From contig OZ024748.1 in assembly GCA_964016885.1 (NCBI GenBank), positions 53,506,001-53,570,000 of the forward strand: DNA of 64,000 nt. Reading direction: 5' to 3'. The notes under the pieces were generated by a model. That model was not told the origin of the DNA. It did not search any database and saw nothing but the letters and a program-made list of their open reading frames with translations. Position numbers and translations under genes: made by a program. The stretch comes from Eledone cirrhosa (Eukaryota). Shown here one piece after another: positions 1-11,152 of the stretch; position 1 is the stretch's first letter, and each line of letters starts with the position of its first letter.

Positions 1-62
1 AGGTTTCATTTCTCGACCTACTCATGTTTATAGAAGTAAATCTATCATATGCCATCACCATA

Positions 63-260
63 CAAAGATAGGCTGAACATTTCATAGGCTTACCAAGATA
101 CTCTCATGGAATGACCAAGTGAGGTTTATTTTTCAACATAGTCTCTGGAAAGAAACAATGCAGTTAATAATAAGAAGAGTTGAAATTAATGCATGTAAGA
201 TTTCACAGCTTTAGCATCAATCCTTCATAGTCAGCCTATTAACATTTCAGCACACCCTCA
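63..260 (-). mobile_element. Tc1/mariner-type MITE, same family as 16048-16245
   Basis: Reverse complement aligns along its length with 16048-16245. It ends in ...TTTCAGCACACCCTCA followed by TA. Confidence 0.7.
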
Positions 261-289
261 TAAACGAAACTTAAGGGTCAGTTAGTCTT

Positions 290-430
290 GTGGTCACAGC
301 CGACCAGATGAAGACATTGCCCTGGAGGACAGCGAGGGAGATGCGCTGGAATGGAACAACCACTCCATCTCGTGGGGTCTCACACTTACATGTAGCCAAT
401 TCAACTACTATAGCAGTGACCAGCGATGTG
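290..430 (-). pseudogene. CRE-clade non-LTR retrotransposon C-terminal (restriction-like endonuclease) fragment
   Basis: Minus-strand translation across frameshifts reads TTSLVTAIVVELATCKCE-PHEMEWL-FQRISLAVLQGNVFIWSA. This matches the CRE-type FQRxSxAxxRGNA terminal motif and is homologous to 12955-13118. Confidence 0.7.
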
Positions 431-1723
431 GTTTCATGTAATGCAGGACTGGAGGAAAGGAACAACCACTCCATCTAGTGGGGTCTCACACTTACATGTA
501 GCCATCTCAACTACTATAGCAGTGACCAGTGATGTGGTTTCATGTAATGCAGGACTGGAGGAAGGGAACAACCACTCCATCTCGTGGGGTCTCACACTTA
601 CATGTAGCCATCTCAACTACTATAGCAGTGACCAGCGATGTGGTTTCATGTAATGCAGGACTGGAGGAAAGGAACAACCACTCCATCTAGTGGGGTCTCA
701 CACTTACATGTAGCCATCTCGACTACTATAGCAGTGACCAGTGATGTGGTTTCATGTAATGCAGGACTGGAGGAATGGAACAACCACTCCATCTCGTGGG
801 GTCTCACACTTACATGTAGCCAACTCAACTACTATAGCAGTGACCAGCCATGTGGTTTCATGTAATGCAGGACTGGAGGAATGGAACAACCACTCCATCT
901 CGTGGGGTCTCACACTTACATGTAGCCAACTCAACTACTATAGCAGTGACCAGTGATGTGGTTTCATGTAATGCAGGACTGGAGGAATGGAACAACCACT
1001 CCATCTCGTGGGGTCTCACACTTACATGTAGCCAACTCAACTACTATAGCAGTGACCAGCCATGTGGTTTCATGTAATGCAGGACTGGAGGAATGGAACA
1101 ACCACTCCATCTCGTGGGGTCTCACACTTACATGTAGCCAACTCAACTACTATAGCAGTGACCAGTGATGTGGTTTCATGTAATGCAGGACTGGAGGAAT
1201 GGAACAACCACTCCATCTCGTGGGGTCTCACACTTACATGTAGCCAACTCAACTACTATAGCAGTGACCAGTGATGTGGTTTCATGTAATGCAGGACTGG
1301 AGGAATGGAACAACCACTCCATCTCGTGGGGGTCTCACCCTTACATGTAGCCAACTCAACTACTATAGCAGTGACCAGCGATGTGGTTTCATGTAATGCA
1401 GGACTGGAGGAAAGGAACAACCACTCCATCTAGTGGGGTCTCACACTTACATGTAGCCATCTCGACTACTATAGCAGTGACCAGTGATGTGGTTTCATGT
1501 AATGCAGGACTGGAGGAATGGAACAACCACTCCATCTCGTGGGGTCTCACCCTTACATGTAGCCATCTAGACTACTATAGCAGTGACCAGCGATGTGGTT
1601 TCATGTAATGCAGGAGTGGAGGAGTGGAACAACCACTCCATCTCGTGGGGTCTCACCCTTACATGTAGCCAACTCGACTACTATAGCAGTGACCAGCCAT
1701 GTGGTTTCATGTAATGCAGGACT
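352..1723. repeat. 106-bp tandem minisatellite, ~13 copies, derived from the CRE-like fragment
   Basis: (G/C)ATGTGGTTTCATG recurs at 425, 531, 637, 743, 849 and onward (period 106). Units differ at only a few positions. Confidence 0.95.
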
Positions 1724-2092
1724 CGATGAGTTAAACTTTGTATATGAAAAGTGTGTAAGGTCAATAAAAATAACAAGAGCCAGTATCTGTATAGAGGTTG
1801 GTGTTAATGAAAGGTGTTGTGTGTAATGTAGACACATGTTGTCTATGGTGTGTGTGTGTGTGTATGTGTGTGTATATATATATGTGAATGTGTGTGTAGA
1901 TATCTATTATATATATATATGTGTGTATGTTTGTGTATATATATGTGTATATATATTATATATGTGTATGTATTATATATCTGTGCATGTATTATATATG
2001 TGTGCATGTGTGTGTGTATGTATGTGTATATATATTATGTGTGTGTATGTATGTGTATATATATTGTGTGTGTATGTATTATGTGTGTGTAT

Positions 2093-5000
2093 ATCATCAT
2101 CATCATCATCATCACCGTTTTACGTCCGTTCTTCCACGCTAGCATGGGTTAGACGGGTTGTCCTGTTGTGGGCAGTGTCTGGTCGGCTGACCATGCCTTG
2201 CTCATACAGGAACTGATCTGGCTTGATTTCTACAGCTGGATGCCCTTCCTAACACCAACCTCATTTACAGTGAGTGCTGGGTGCTTTTTCGTGGCGCCTA
2301 CACGTCCACTTTACAGTGTGGGCTGGGTGCTTTTTTGCCGTGGCACCTCCACGACCACCTTGCGGTGGGGGGGGGGGGGCATATTGTTTATATGCTTCAG
2401 CATGTACCCATGGGAGGTCGGGTACCCTGTATTACTGCGTGACGCCAGAAGTCACGGTCGTGTGTCATTGACTTTGAGAGGTGTAGTTGGGTAAGGTCGG
2501 CTTTTATCACCTCATCCCAAGTCATCTTGGGTCTCCCCACTCCGCGGTTTCCATCAACTTCTAGTGCTCTGCACCTTTTTATGCAGCTGTCATCCTTCAT
2601 ACGCATCACATGTCCATACCAGCGTAACCGCCTCTCCTGCACGCAGCATTTGATTCCTCTTATGCTCAGTCTCTCTCTCAATTCATTTATGCTTTGTCGT
2701 TCACGTATATTACTGTTACACATCCATCGGAGCATGCAGGCTTCGTTTCTCTCTAATCTACGTAAGTCTTCCACCTTCAGCGCCCAGGTCTCACTACCAT
2801 GCAACATCGCTGTTCGGATACACGCATCATACAGTCTGCCTTTCATTCTGAGGGAGAAGCCTTTTGCAGCTAGCAGTGGTAGTAGTTCCCTAAACTTCTT
2901 CCATCCCGTTCTTACCCTAGTTATTGTACTTTCTGAGCACCCACCTCCGTTGCTAATTCGGTCACCTAGGTAGCAGAAGCTGTCTACTGTTTCTACAGGG
3001 CCCTCCCAGAGATTGGTGGTACTTGTTTCCTGTGGCTGTTTGCTTGCTGTTTCAGCACAGCTGCTGCATGTGAATCCTACATTCTTAATTAAGCTTCCTG
3101 AGATCCCGCTACATCTCTTGTGTACCCATTGTTTGCATTTGGGGCAAAGGATGGAGTTCCTACCTACACCTTTCCTACATACTGAGCAAGGCCATTTCCC
3201 TGAGGGGATCTGGGTTCTGTTTTCTCGTCTACTTATAAGGACCTTAGTCTTTGTCATGTTGACTTTGAGGCCCTTTCTCTCTAGTCCCTGCTTCCAGGTT
3301 TGGAATTTATTCTCTAGTTCTACCATAGATTCAGCTATGAGTGCGAGGTCATCAGCATACAGGAGTTCCCATGGGCATCCGGTCTTAAACTCCTCCGTTA
3401 TTGCCTGCAGGACTATGATGAACAGGAGAGGGCTAAGAACAGAGCCCTGGTGGACCCCAACCTGTACGCTAAATTCCTCGCTATACTCATTGCCAATCCT
3501 AACTTTGCTGACTGCTCCCCTATACATGGCTTGTACCGCTTTCACAAGCCATTCATCTACTCCTAGTTTTCTAAGAGCCCACCAGATTACTGCACGTGGA
3601 ACTCTGTCAAAGGCTTTCTCAAGGTCGACAAATGCCAAGTAGAGTGGCTTACTTTTAGCTAGGTACTTTTCCTGTAATTGCCTCACAAGGAAGAGCGCAT
3701 CAGTGGTGCCTTTCCCTGGAACAAACCCAAATTGCATCTCGTCTATATTCACCCGGTCCCTAATCAGCTGTGCTATAACTCTTTCTGTTACTTTCATGAC
3801 CTGGTCCATCAACTTTATACCTCTATAGTTTCCTCTATCTAGTGCATCGCCTTTACCTTTGTAGCAGTTGACAATGATGCTACTGCACCAATCTTTTGGT
3901 ATGGCCCCCTCTAGTATTACCTGGTTAACGATACGTGTGGTTATAGTGTGACCTACAGACCCAGATGCCTTCAGCATCTCGGCAGCTATACCCGATGGAC
4001 CGGTTGCCTTCCCTATCTTCATATCTCTGATTGCCTTACTTACTACGCTGCCGCTGACTTGTACTGCTGGTCCCTCTATAGGGTCTACGTGGGGTAGGGT
4101 CTCTTCTTCCCATGCATTCTCCTCATTTAGTAATCTATCATAATGACTCTTCCATGCATCTTTCTTCTCAGCACTTGTGAGGGCAAGCTCACCTTTATCA
4201 TTCCGGATACACTTCTCTCCAATGACATCACAACTATCTCTGACACACTGCCTCGCAATCTTGAATACCTCTTGTTTCTGGTCCTCACGTTGTAAAACAT
4301 GCTTGAATTTTCTATCCTCTGCTTCCCTCCTAGCTAAGTATACTTGTCGCCTAGCTTCCCTCTTGGTCTCTATGTAATGTACCCTGCTCCCCCCGTTCTT
4401 CCATTCTTTCCATGCCTGTCTCTTGGCCTTGACTGCTTCATCTACCTTATTGTTCCACCACCAAGTCACTCTCCTCCTGCTTGAGGTCTTACTCCAGCCA
4501 CAAACCTCATCCGTCGCCTCTAGTAAGTTATTTTTTAGGAACTCCCAGTTCTCTTCTACGTTAAATGTCTCTATCTGTTCTTCTTTACTGTCGTAGGCGT
4601 TGAGTAAAATATCTTTAAATCTGTTACTGGTTGAGGGGACTTTCAGCTTCCAGATCTTTCTTCTCCAGGTTGGCCTCTGTTTCAGGGCTCGTCTAGTTCT
4701 GACCGTGAGGTCGCTGACAACTAAGCTATGTTGGGATGTACATTCCTCACTAGGGAAGGCTTTTGTGTTTACGACCGTCCATCTGTCACGTCCTCTGATG
4801 AGAATAAAATCTAACTGACTAGAGTGCTCCCCTGATCTATAGGTGATCAGGTGGTTGTCGGGTTTTTTAAAGTTTGTGTTACATATCGACATGTCATTGG
4901 CGTCGCAGAATTCTAGAAGTCTGAATCCTTCCTCATTCCTTGTGCCAACTCCATGGCCTCCATGTACTCTATTGAAGCCGTCGCAGTGTTTACCTACGTG

Positions 5001-5276
5001 TCCGTTAAAATCTCCTGCAATGATTAGGAAGTCCTTGTCGTCTGTTAGAGCAGTAGTGTGTATTAGGGACTCGTAAAACCTATCCTTAAGTTCGTCTGGC
5101 AGCCCCGATTGGGGTGCGTAAGCTGATATTATTGTGGTAATTGTCTTATTCAGGACTAGTCTGAGTTTAATGATTCTTGCATTTACCCTGTACACTGAGA
5201 TTACTTTATCTACCCACTTGTCAGCTAATAGTATACCTACACCACCCATCCCATCGTCATTTCCCACCCAGAAAAA
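2093..5276 (-). mobile_element. RTE-clade LINE, young, 5'-truncated, with ~300-bp 3' UTR and (GAT)n tail
   Basis: Uninterrupted APE-RT ORF, then 3' UTR 2115-2396 and a (CAT)n tail on + at 2093-2114. The 5' end runs into T/TA-rich sequence within the endonuclease domain. Confidence 0.95.
2397..5267 (-). CDS. RTE retrotransposon ORF (partial APE endonuclease, reverse transcriptase, PHD finger), N-terminally truncated
   Basis: APE motifs GVGILL, SAYAPQ, GDFNGHVG, LDFIL, SQHSLV. RT motifs NYRGIKL, QFGF, FVDLEKAFDRV, GVHQGSVLSPLLF, LYADDL, FCYLG. C-terminal RLRWYGHVMRM...GRPKMTW. The 'start' is an internal GTG at the truncation point. Confidence 0.93.
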   Translation of the reverse strand: MGNDDGMGGVGILLADKWVDKVISVYRVNARIIKLRLVLNKTITTIISAYAPQSGLPDELKDRFYESLIHTTALTDDKDFLIIAGDFNGHVGKHCDGFNRVHGGHGVGTRNEEGFRLLEFCDANDMSICNTNFKKPDNHLITYRSGEHSSQLDFILIRGRDRWTVVNTKAFPSEECTSQHSLVVSDLTVRTRRALKQRPTWRRKIWKLKVPSTSNRFKDILLNAYDSKEEQIETFNVEENWEFLKNNLLEATDEVCGWSKTSSRRRVTWWWNNKVDEAVKAKRQAWKEWKNGGSRVHYIETKREARRQVYLARREAEDRKFKHVLQREDQKQEVFKIARQCVRDSCDVIGEKCIRNDKGELALTSAEKKDAWKSHYDRLLNEENAWEEETLPHVDPIEGPAVQVSGSVVSKAIRDMKIGKATGPSGIAAEMLKASGSVGHTITTRIVNQVILEGAIPKDWCSSIIVNCYKGKGDALDRGNYRGIKLMDQVMKVTERVIAQLIRDRVNIDEMQFGFVPGKGTTDALFLVRQLQEKYLAKSKPLYLAFVDLEKAFDRVPRAVIWWALRKLGVDEWLVKAVQAMYRGAVSKVRIGNEYSEEFSVQVGVHQGSVLSPLLFIIVLQAITEEFKTGCPWELLYADDLALIAESMVELENKFQTWKQGLERKGLKVNMTKTKVLISRRENRTQIPSGKWPCSVCRKGVGRNSILCPKCKQWVHKRCSGISGSLIKNVGFTCSSCAETASKQPQETSTTNLWEGPVETVDSFCYLGDRISNGGGCSESTITRVRTGWKKFRELLPLLAAKGFSLRMKGRLYDACIRTAMLHGSETWALKVEDLRRLERNEACMLRWMCNSNIRERQSINELRERLSIRGIKCCVQERRLRWYGHVMRMKDDSCIKRCRALEVDGNRGVGRPKMTWDEVIKADLTQLHLSKSMTHDRDFWRHAVIQGTRPPMGTC

Positions 5277-6010
5277 TTTTTTTTATATATTATATATATG
5301 TGTGTATGTATTATATATGTGTGCATGTGTGTGTGTATATATATATATTATATATGTGTGTGTATATATATGTACATACTACAGATATTAATACATGATG
5401 CGTATACATACATAATCATGCATTTTTCTGTTTATCTATATCTATCTATTTATCTGTATGTGTGCTTGTGTGTCTGTCTTGCACACACACACACACACAT
5501 ATATATATATCTCAATATATGAAATAAATATATGTGTAAGTATGTGTATATATACATGTAGGAATATATAAGTACACACACACACACAAATACACCCACA
5601 CACACCCACACATATATATATATCTCAATATATAAAATAAATATATGTGCAAGTATGTGTATATATACATGTAGGAATATATAAGTACACACACACACAC
5701 ACACAAATACACACAGCCTTTTGTTTCTCCAGTGTGACAAATTCAATTTCAAAGTGACAAACAACTGAAAGAAAATAAATTTCACAGAAGTTATGATGAC
5801 AACAACAACTACACCAACAAGAGCAGCAACAACAACAACAGCAACTACACCACCACCACCACCACCAACATCAACAACAACAACAACAGCAATATCACCA
5901 ACATTATAGTCACTCTCTTTCAGATTCCATATACAGAATTTGAATCCAATTTCTTAAGTTATTTCATTTCTCATTTCAGACTCAACTAATCTGTTTTTGA
6001 AACCCTGATT

Positions 6011-6088
<78 letters not shown>

Positions 6089-6121
6089 ATATATATGCAT
6101 GTTTACATGTATATATATATA

Positions 6122-6153
<32 letters not shown>

Positions 6154-6189
6154 CAGATATATATATGCATGTGTACATGTATATATATA

Positions 6190-6230
<41 letters not shown>

Positions 6231-7192
6231 GTGTGTGATGTATACCCAGGCCATCAAAAAAATTCAAACGTGTGACATTAACAGAAAATCAAGCCAACTC
6301 CTATCCCATCACTCTACACATATAAAAAATAAAGATCGAAACAAAAAAGTAAAAAAAAACAAAAGCATAACCGTAATAAATATAAATTCAGTTTTTTCTT
6401 TTTTATTAATTCAGCTATCTTTATTACTGTTGTTGTTGTTGTTGTTGTTATTATTATTATTGTGATTATCGTTTTTGTACGCTGCAGTGGTTTATAAATT
6501 TTCATAAGAAAGATAAAAGGAAATATCGTTGGGTTGACAATATTTTTGTCTTTGCGAAATCTATTTTGGCTTTGCCAGGAAATAATATATAAGATGGATG
6601 AAACAAACAATAAATATATTATAACATGATGATAATAATAATAATAATAATAATAATGCAGAAACAAAGAAAGGTATATGAATTATGAAATTACAAACAA
6701 CCACAAAAAAAAAATAGAAAGTAAGTTAAAAAATATTGAAAAAATATATATATAACAAAGATAAAGTCAGAGTTAAGGACAAAATATTAAAAAACAACAA
6801 AAAAAAACAACAAAAATGAACCGCCTGTTGTCTCATCTAACTCCCTAATTTTCTAAATCTAAAAAGATTATGATTAGATAGAAAAAAAAAATGGTGGGTG
6901 ATGGAGGGACAAGATTATCAAAGAAACGGGAAAAAAAGTGAAACCAAAAATTCATTTTATGGAGAAATGAAAATGTTTTAAATGAATCTAAATATGAAAT
7001 ATATTAAGAAAGAAATGAGAAATTTGTCAATTCATTTTGTATTTCATCACCATCACCAATGTAATCATCATCATAATCATCAACAGCATCATTAAATTAT
7101 TATTATTAGATGATTGGAGTGGGTGGCATAAATAGGATACTGTGTGAAAATATTCCATGAAATATTTGTTTCATCCCAACATACATTTTTAA

Positions 7193-7292
7193 GTTCAAAT
7201 CACCCCAAAGTTAGCCTTGAGACTTCAAATAACCCCAAAGTTAGCCTTGAGACTTCAAATAACCCCAAAGTTAGCCTTGAGACTTCAAATCA
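7193..7292. repeat. 30-bp tandem repeat, ~3 copies
   Basis: ACCCCAAAGTTAGCCTTGAGACTTCAAAT recurs with period 30. Confidence 0.9.
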
Positions 7293-7294
7293 TC

Positions 7295-7937
7295 CCAGAG
7301 CTGTGATCTCTTGGTGTAGAGAAGTGTGTTGGTGAAGTTGTTAGATTATGGAACATAAGTCTGTAGTACCAGAGCTGTGATCTCTTGGTGTAGAGAAGTG
7401 TGTTGGTGAAGTTGTTAGATTATGGAACATAAGTCTGTAGTACCAGAGCTGTGATCTCTTGGTATAGAGAAGTATGTTGGTGAAGTTGTTAGATTATGGA
7501 ACATAAGTCTGTAGTACCAGAGCTGTGATCTCTTGGTATAGAGAAGTATGTTGGTGGAGTTGCTAGATTATGGAACATAAGTCTGTAGTACCAGAGCTGT
7601 GATCTCTTGGTATAGAGAAGTATGTTGGTGGAGTTGCTAGATTATGGAACATAAGTCTGTAGTACCAGAGCTGTGATCTCTTGGTATAGAGAAGTATGTT
7701 GGTGGAGTTGTTAGATTATGGAACATAAGTCTGTAGTACCAGAGCTGTGATCTCTTGGTATAGAGAAGTATGTTGGTGGAGTTGTTAGATTATGGAACAT
7801 AAGTCTGTAGTACCAGAGCTGTGATCTCTTGGTATAGAGAAGTATGTTGGTGGAGTTGCTAGATTATGGAACATAAGTCTGTAGTACCAGAGCTGTGATC
7901 TCTTGGTATAGAGAAGTATGTTGGTGGAGTTGCTAGA
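7295..7937. repeat. 74-bp tandem minisatellite, ~8.7 copies
   Basis: CCAGAGCTGTGATCTCTTGG at 7295, 7369, 7443 through 7887. Confidence 0.95.
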
Positions 7938-8104
7938 GCATGCCAAAACTTTTGTCTAAATTTTGTCTAAATTTGAAACATAAGATTTATAGCCACAAGT
8001 TGGCTCTGGATGAGCAGATATACAATCAAAGGTATTCCAACCATGACCATCCTATCTTTTATTCTAGAATACATAGTTTTTGTCATTGTGCATTCTGATT
8101 TTAA

Positions 8105-8570
8105 CCATTTTATCACTAAATTTCTGATGAAATACAGGGTATTTCACAAAATTGTCTATCAATGTTCTGTTCCCTAGGTTGTCACATTAAAATATATATA
8201 TTGTGAATTAGTGTTATAATGTTGACAAGTTTTGAGGAATAAATCTTATGTTGCTCAACATAAGATTTATTCCTCAAGCCCGCTCAGTCTTGTCATCCTT
8301 GATTTTGTAGTTTCTCGGATATTTACATCTCAAACAATAACAACATTTTCAAAACACCTCGTACATTAAATGTGTTTTAATTAACTTTGAAAAGAAGAAT
8401 TAGGAGAGATTTAGTAAAATAACTTTTTCATGAAGTTGGTGTTAAGAGCATGACAACAAAGTTATTAATAAAATTATAATGGTAGGTTTTAATTTAGATA
8501 TAAAGACTTTAGCATGGACAGTTTTATCACAGAGCCTGTGGCAGTCTTAGGTGGGCTGGTACTAAAAGGG
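8105..8570. mobile_element. piggyBac-like MITE (family B) with a nested mariner-like MITE at ~8135-8361
   Basis: TTAA at 8101-8104 and 8571-8574. Imperfect termini CCATTTTATCACTA and TGGTACTAAAAGGG. The body resembles 26300-26420, 31090-31300 and 45430-45920. An internal TA-CAGGGT...ACACCTCG-TA insert is present. Confidence 0.55.
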
Positions 8571-8759
8571 TTAATCCCTCTAGAGGTGGGATTACAGAGT
8601 CAATATGATCTGTATCTGTGGATGCAGCATCGTCAAATTATTAAGTTCACCTTGCAACCATTAAGTCCTGGTTTTGATCCCACTTGTCGTATCATGTGTG
8701 TTATTTTTCTGAACTTCAGGTCAACTGATCCCTTGTCAGTGAAATTGGGTATATAGAAT

Positions 8760-9445
8760 CTGTTTAGTCAAGTTAGTCAATTGTCAGCTTGACAGATTGT
8801 ATATAAGTAAATATATTCTATATAGCAGTAATTGGTGGGTGAGGTGGTTAGTTGTCAGTCAAACTAGTAAATTGTTATCTTTGTAGATTAGTTATAACTA
8901 AAGCTTCTATAAAACTGTTTGGTGTGTTGTCAGATAGATAGATTAGTGAATTGTAAGCTTCGTAGATTGGTTATAAGCAAATATATCCTATATAATATTT
9001 TGGTTGGTTTTGTTGGTTGTCAAATAGTTAAATTAGTGAATTGTTAGATTGGTAGGCGAGTTATAAAAATCCTATATAACATTGTTTGGTTGTCAGATAG
9101 TTAAATTAGTGAATTGTTAACTTGGTAAATTGTTTATATAAATCCTATATAATATTAGTTAGTTGTCAGTTAGTTAAATTGGTGAATTGTTAGCTTGGTA
9201 AATTGGTTATAATTAAATTATATATAGCATTGTTTGGTTGGTTGTCAGATAGATTAGTGACTTGTAAGCTTGGTAGATTGCTTGGTTGTCAGATAGTTAA
9301 ATTAGTGAATTGTTAACTTGGTAAATTGTTTATATAAATCCTATATAATATTGGTTAGTTGTCAGATAGTTAAGTTGGTGAATTGGTAGCTTGGTAGATT
9401 AGTAATAACTAAAAAAATTCCCATATAGCACTGTTTGGTTGGTTA
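8760..9445. repeat. Diverged tandem repeat, ~75-bp unit
   Basis: Recurrent TTGGTTGTCAGATAGTTAAATTAGTGAATTG...ATCCTATATAA, with high divergence between units. Confidence 0.8.
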
Positions 9446-10311
9446 ATTTCAGCACAATCTAGTCTCCGTTACTCACCGATGTGAAATGAAGCAAAATTTT
9501 CGATAGTAATTTTCCAGGTGACTGATAATACCTATTTATGATATGGTTCAATAAAAAAAAAAGTACACACACACACATATACACACACATATACACACAC
9601 ACATACACACACAAGTGAACTAGAAAAACTACAACAACATTAACAAAGACAACAAGTAATTGCAGTTGGCATGACTGATTTCTATTTTCATGGCGGTTTA
9701 TTATTAACAAGAAATAATTCAATAAGTTCAACTATATTTTTACTTCAGTACATCATCACATGACCCATCACCATCATTGATACGATATAAACAAAACCAA
9801 ATAAATGCTGTTACCACAATCACAAAAACTTTTGTCACCAAAACCATTTTCAACAACCTTCAGCTTTTGTATTATTATTTTTTTTTTTTTGTATTTGTTT
9901 TTCTCGTTTGCAATTATTTTTCTATATCATTGTTATTGATGTTTGTTGTTGTTGTTGTTGTTGTTGTGGTATTTTTAACATTGAATTGTTTTTTTTTTAA
10001 ATATTTTTTTTTTGTTTTCGTTTATTTTGTTGGGACACACGCACAAAAATGAATCAGATAAAAAAATGTTGTCGACCTAAACCTTTCCTTCCACCTCACC
10101 CAATAACAACAACAACAACAACAAACAACAAATTAATTAAATAGAAAAATTATAAATATATAAATAAACCATCACAATTCCATTTTTAAATTGTACCAGT
10201 ACTACTACTACTACTACTAATAATAATAATGATAATATTGATGATAATAATAAGGATAATGATAAAATTAATAATGATAATAATGATAAAATTAATAACA
10301 ACAATCTATTT

Positions 10312-10346
<35 letters not shown>

Positions 10347-10609
10347 AGTTGTTTTTGTCATTTTTTGTGTCTTTTTACTGAATATTAATAATAAAAAAAA
10401 TATAAATAGATAAGGATAGAATATATTTAATTTAAAATAAAGAATTTATATATCAAAGACAATAAAAAAACAACTAAATTTAACTTCATTTCATTTCTTT
10501 GAAATGACATTTTTTTTTTTTTTCATTATTGTCATCTTTATTTCTCATCTATATTAACTACCAGCAATATCAGCAGCCTCCACACACCAGCAGCAGTAAC
10601 AGCAACAAC

Positions 10610-11025
10610 ACCACCACCACTAACGTCAGTACCCTACCACCACCACCACCACTGACGTCAGTACCCTACCACCACCACTGATGTCAGTACCCTACCATTA
10701 CCATTACTGTCGTCAGTACTCTACCACCACCACCACTGTCGTCAGAACCCTACCATTACCATTACCACCACTGTCGTCAGTACCCTGCCACCACCACTGA
10801 CGTCAGTACCCTACCACCACCACCACACCACCACCACCACTGTCGTCAGTACCTTACCATTACCATTACTGTCGTCAGTACTCTACCACCACCACCACTG
10901 TCGTCAGAACCCTACCATTACCATTACCACCACTGTCGTCAGTACCCTGCCACCACCACTGACGTCAGTACCCTACCACCACCACCACACCACCACCACC
11001 ACTGTCGTCAGTACCCTACCATTAC
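10610..11025. repeat. ACC-rich compound minisatellite (CTGTCGTCAGTACCCT core plus (ACC)n)
   Basis: Repeated GTCAGTACCCTACCACC cores, with a longer block duplicated inside the array. Confidence 0.85.
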
Positions 11026-11152
11026 CGCCATATATTGTGAGACACATAGTTCTGTCTTTCCAAAACCACACTACTTCATAACCACCACCACCACCACTAC
11101 CACTACCACCACTACCACCACTCTCTGTAATCACCACTGCCATCACCATCAC

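Noticed and set aside
2397-5267. Autonomous full-length RTE or domesticated host gene
   Set aside because: There is no ATG start or 5' UTR, and the N-terminal endonuclease motifs are missing. Near-identity to another copy explains the open frame by youth.
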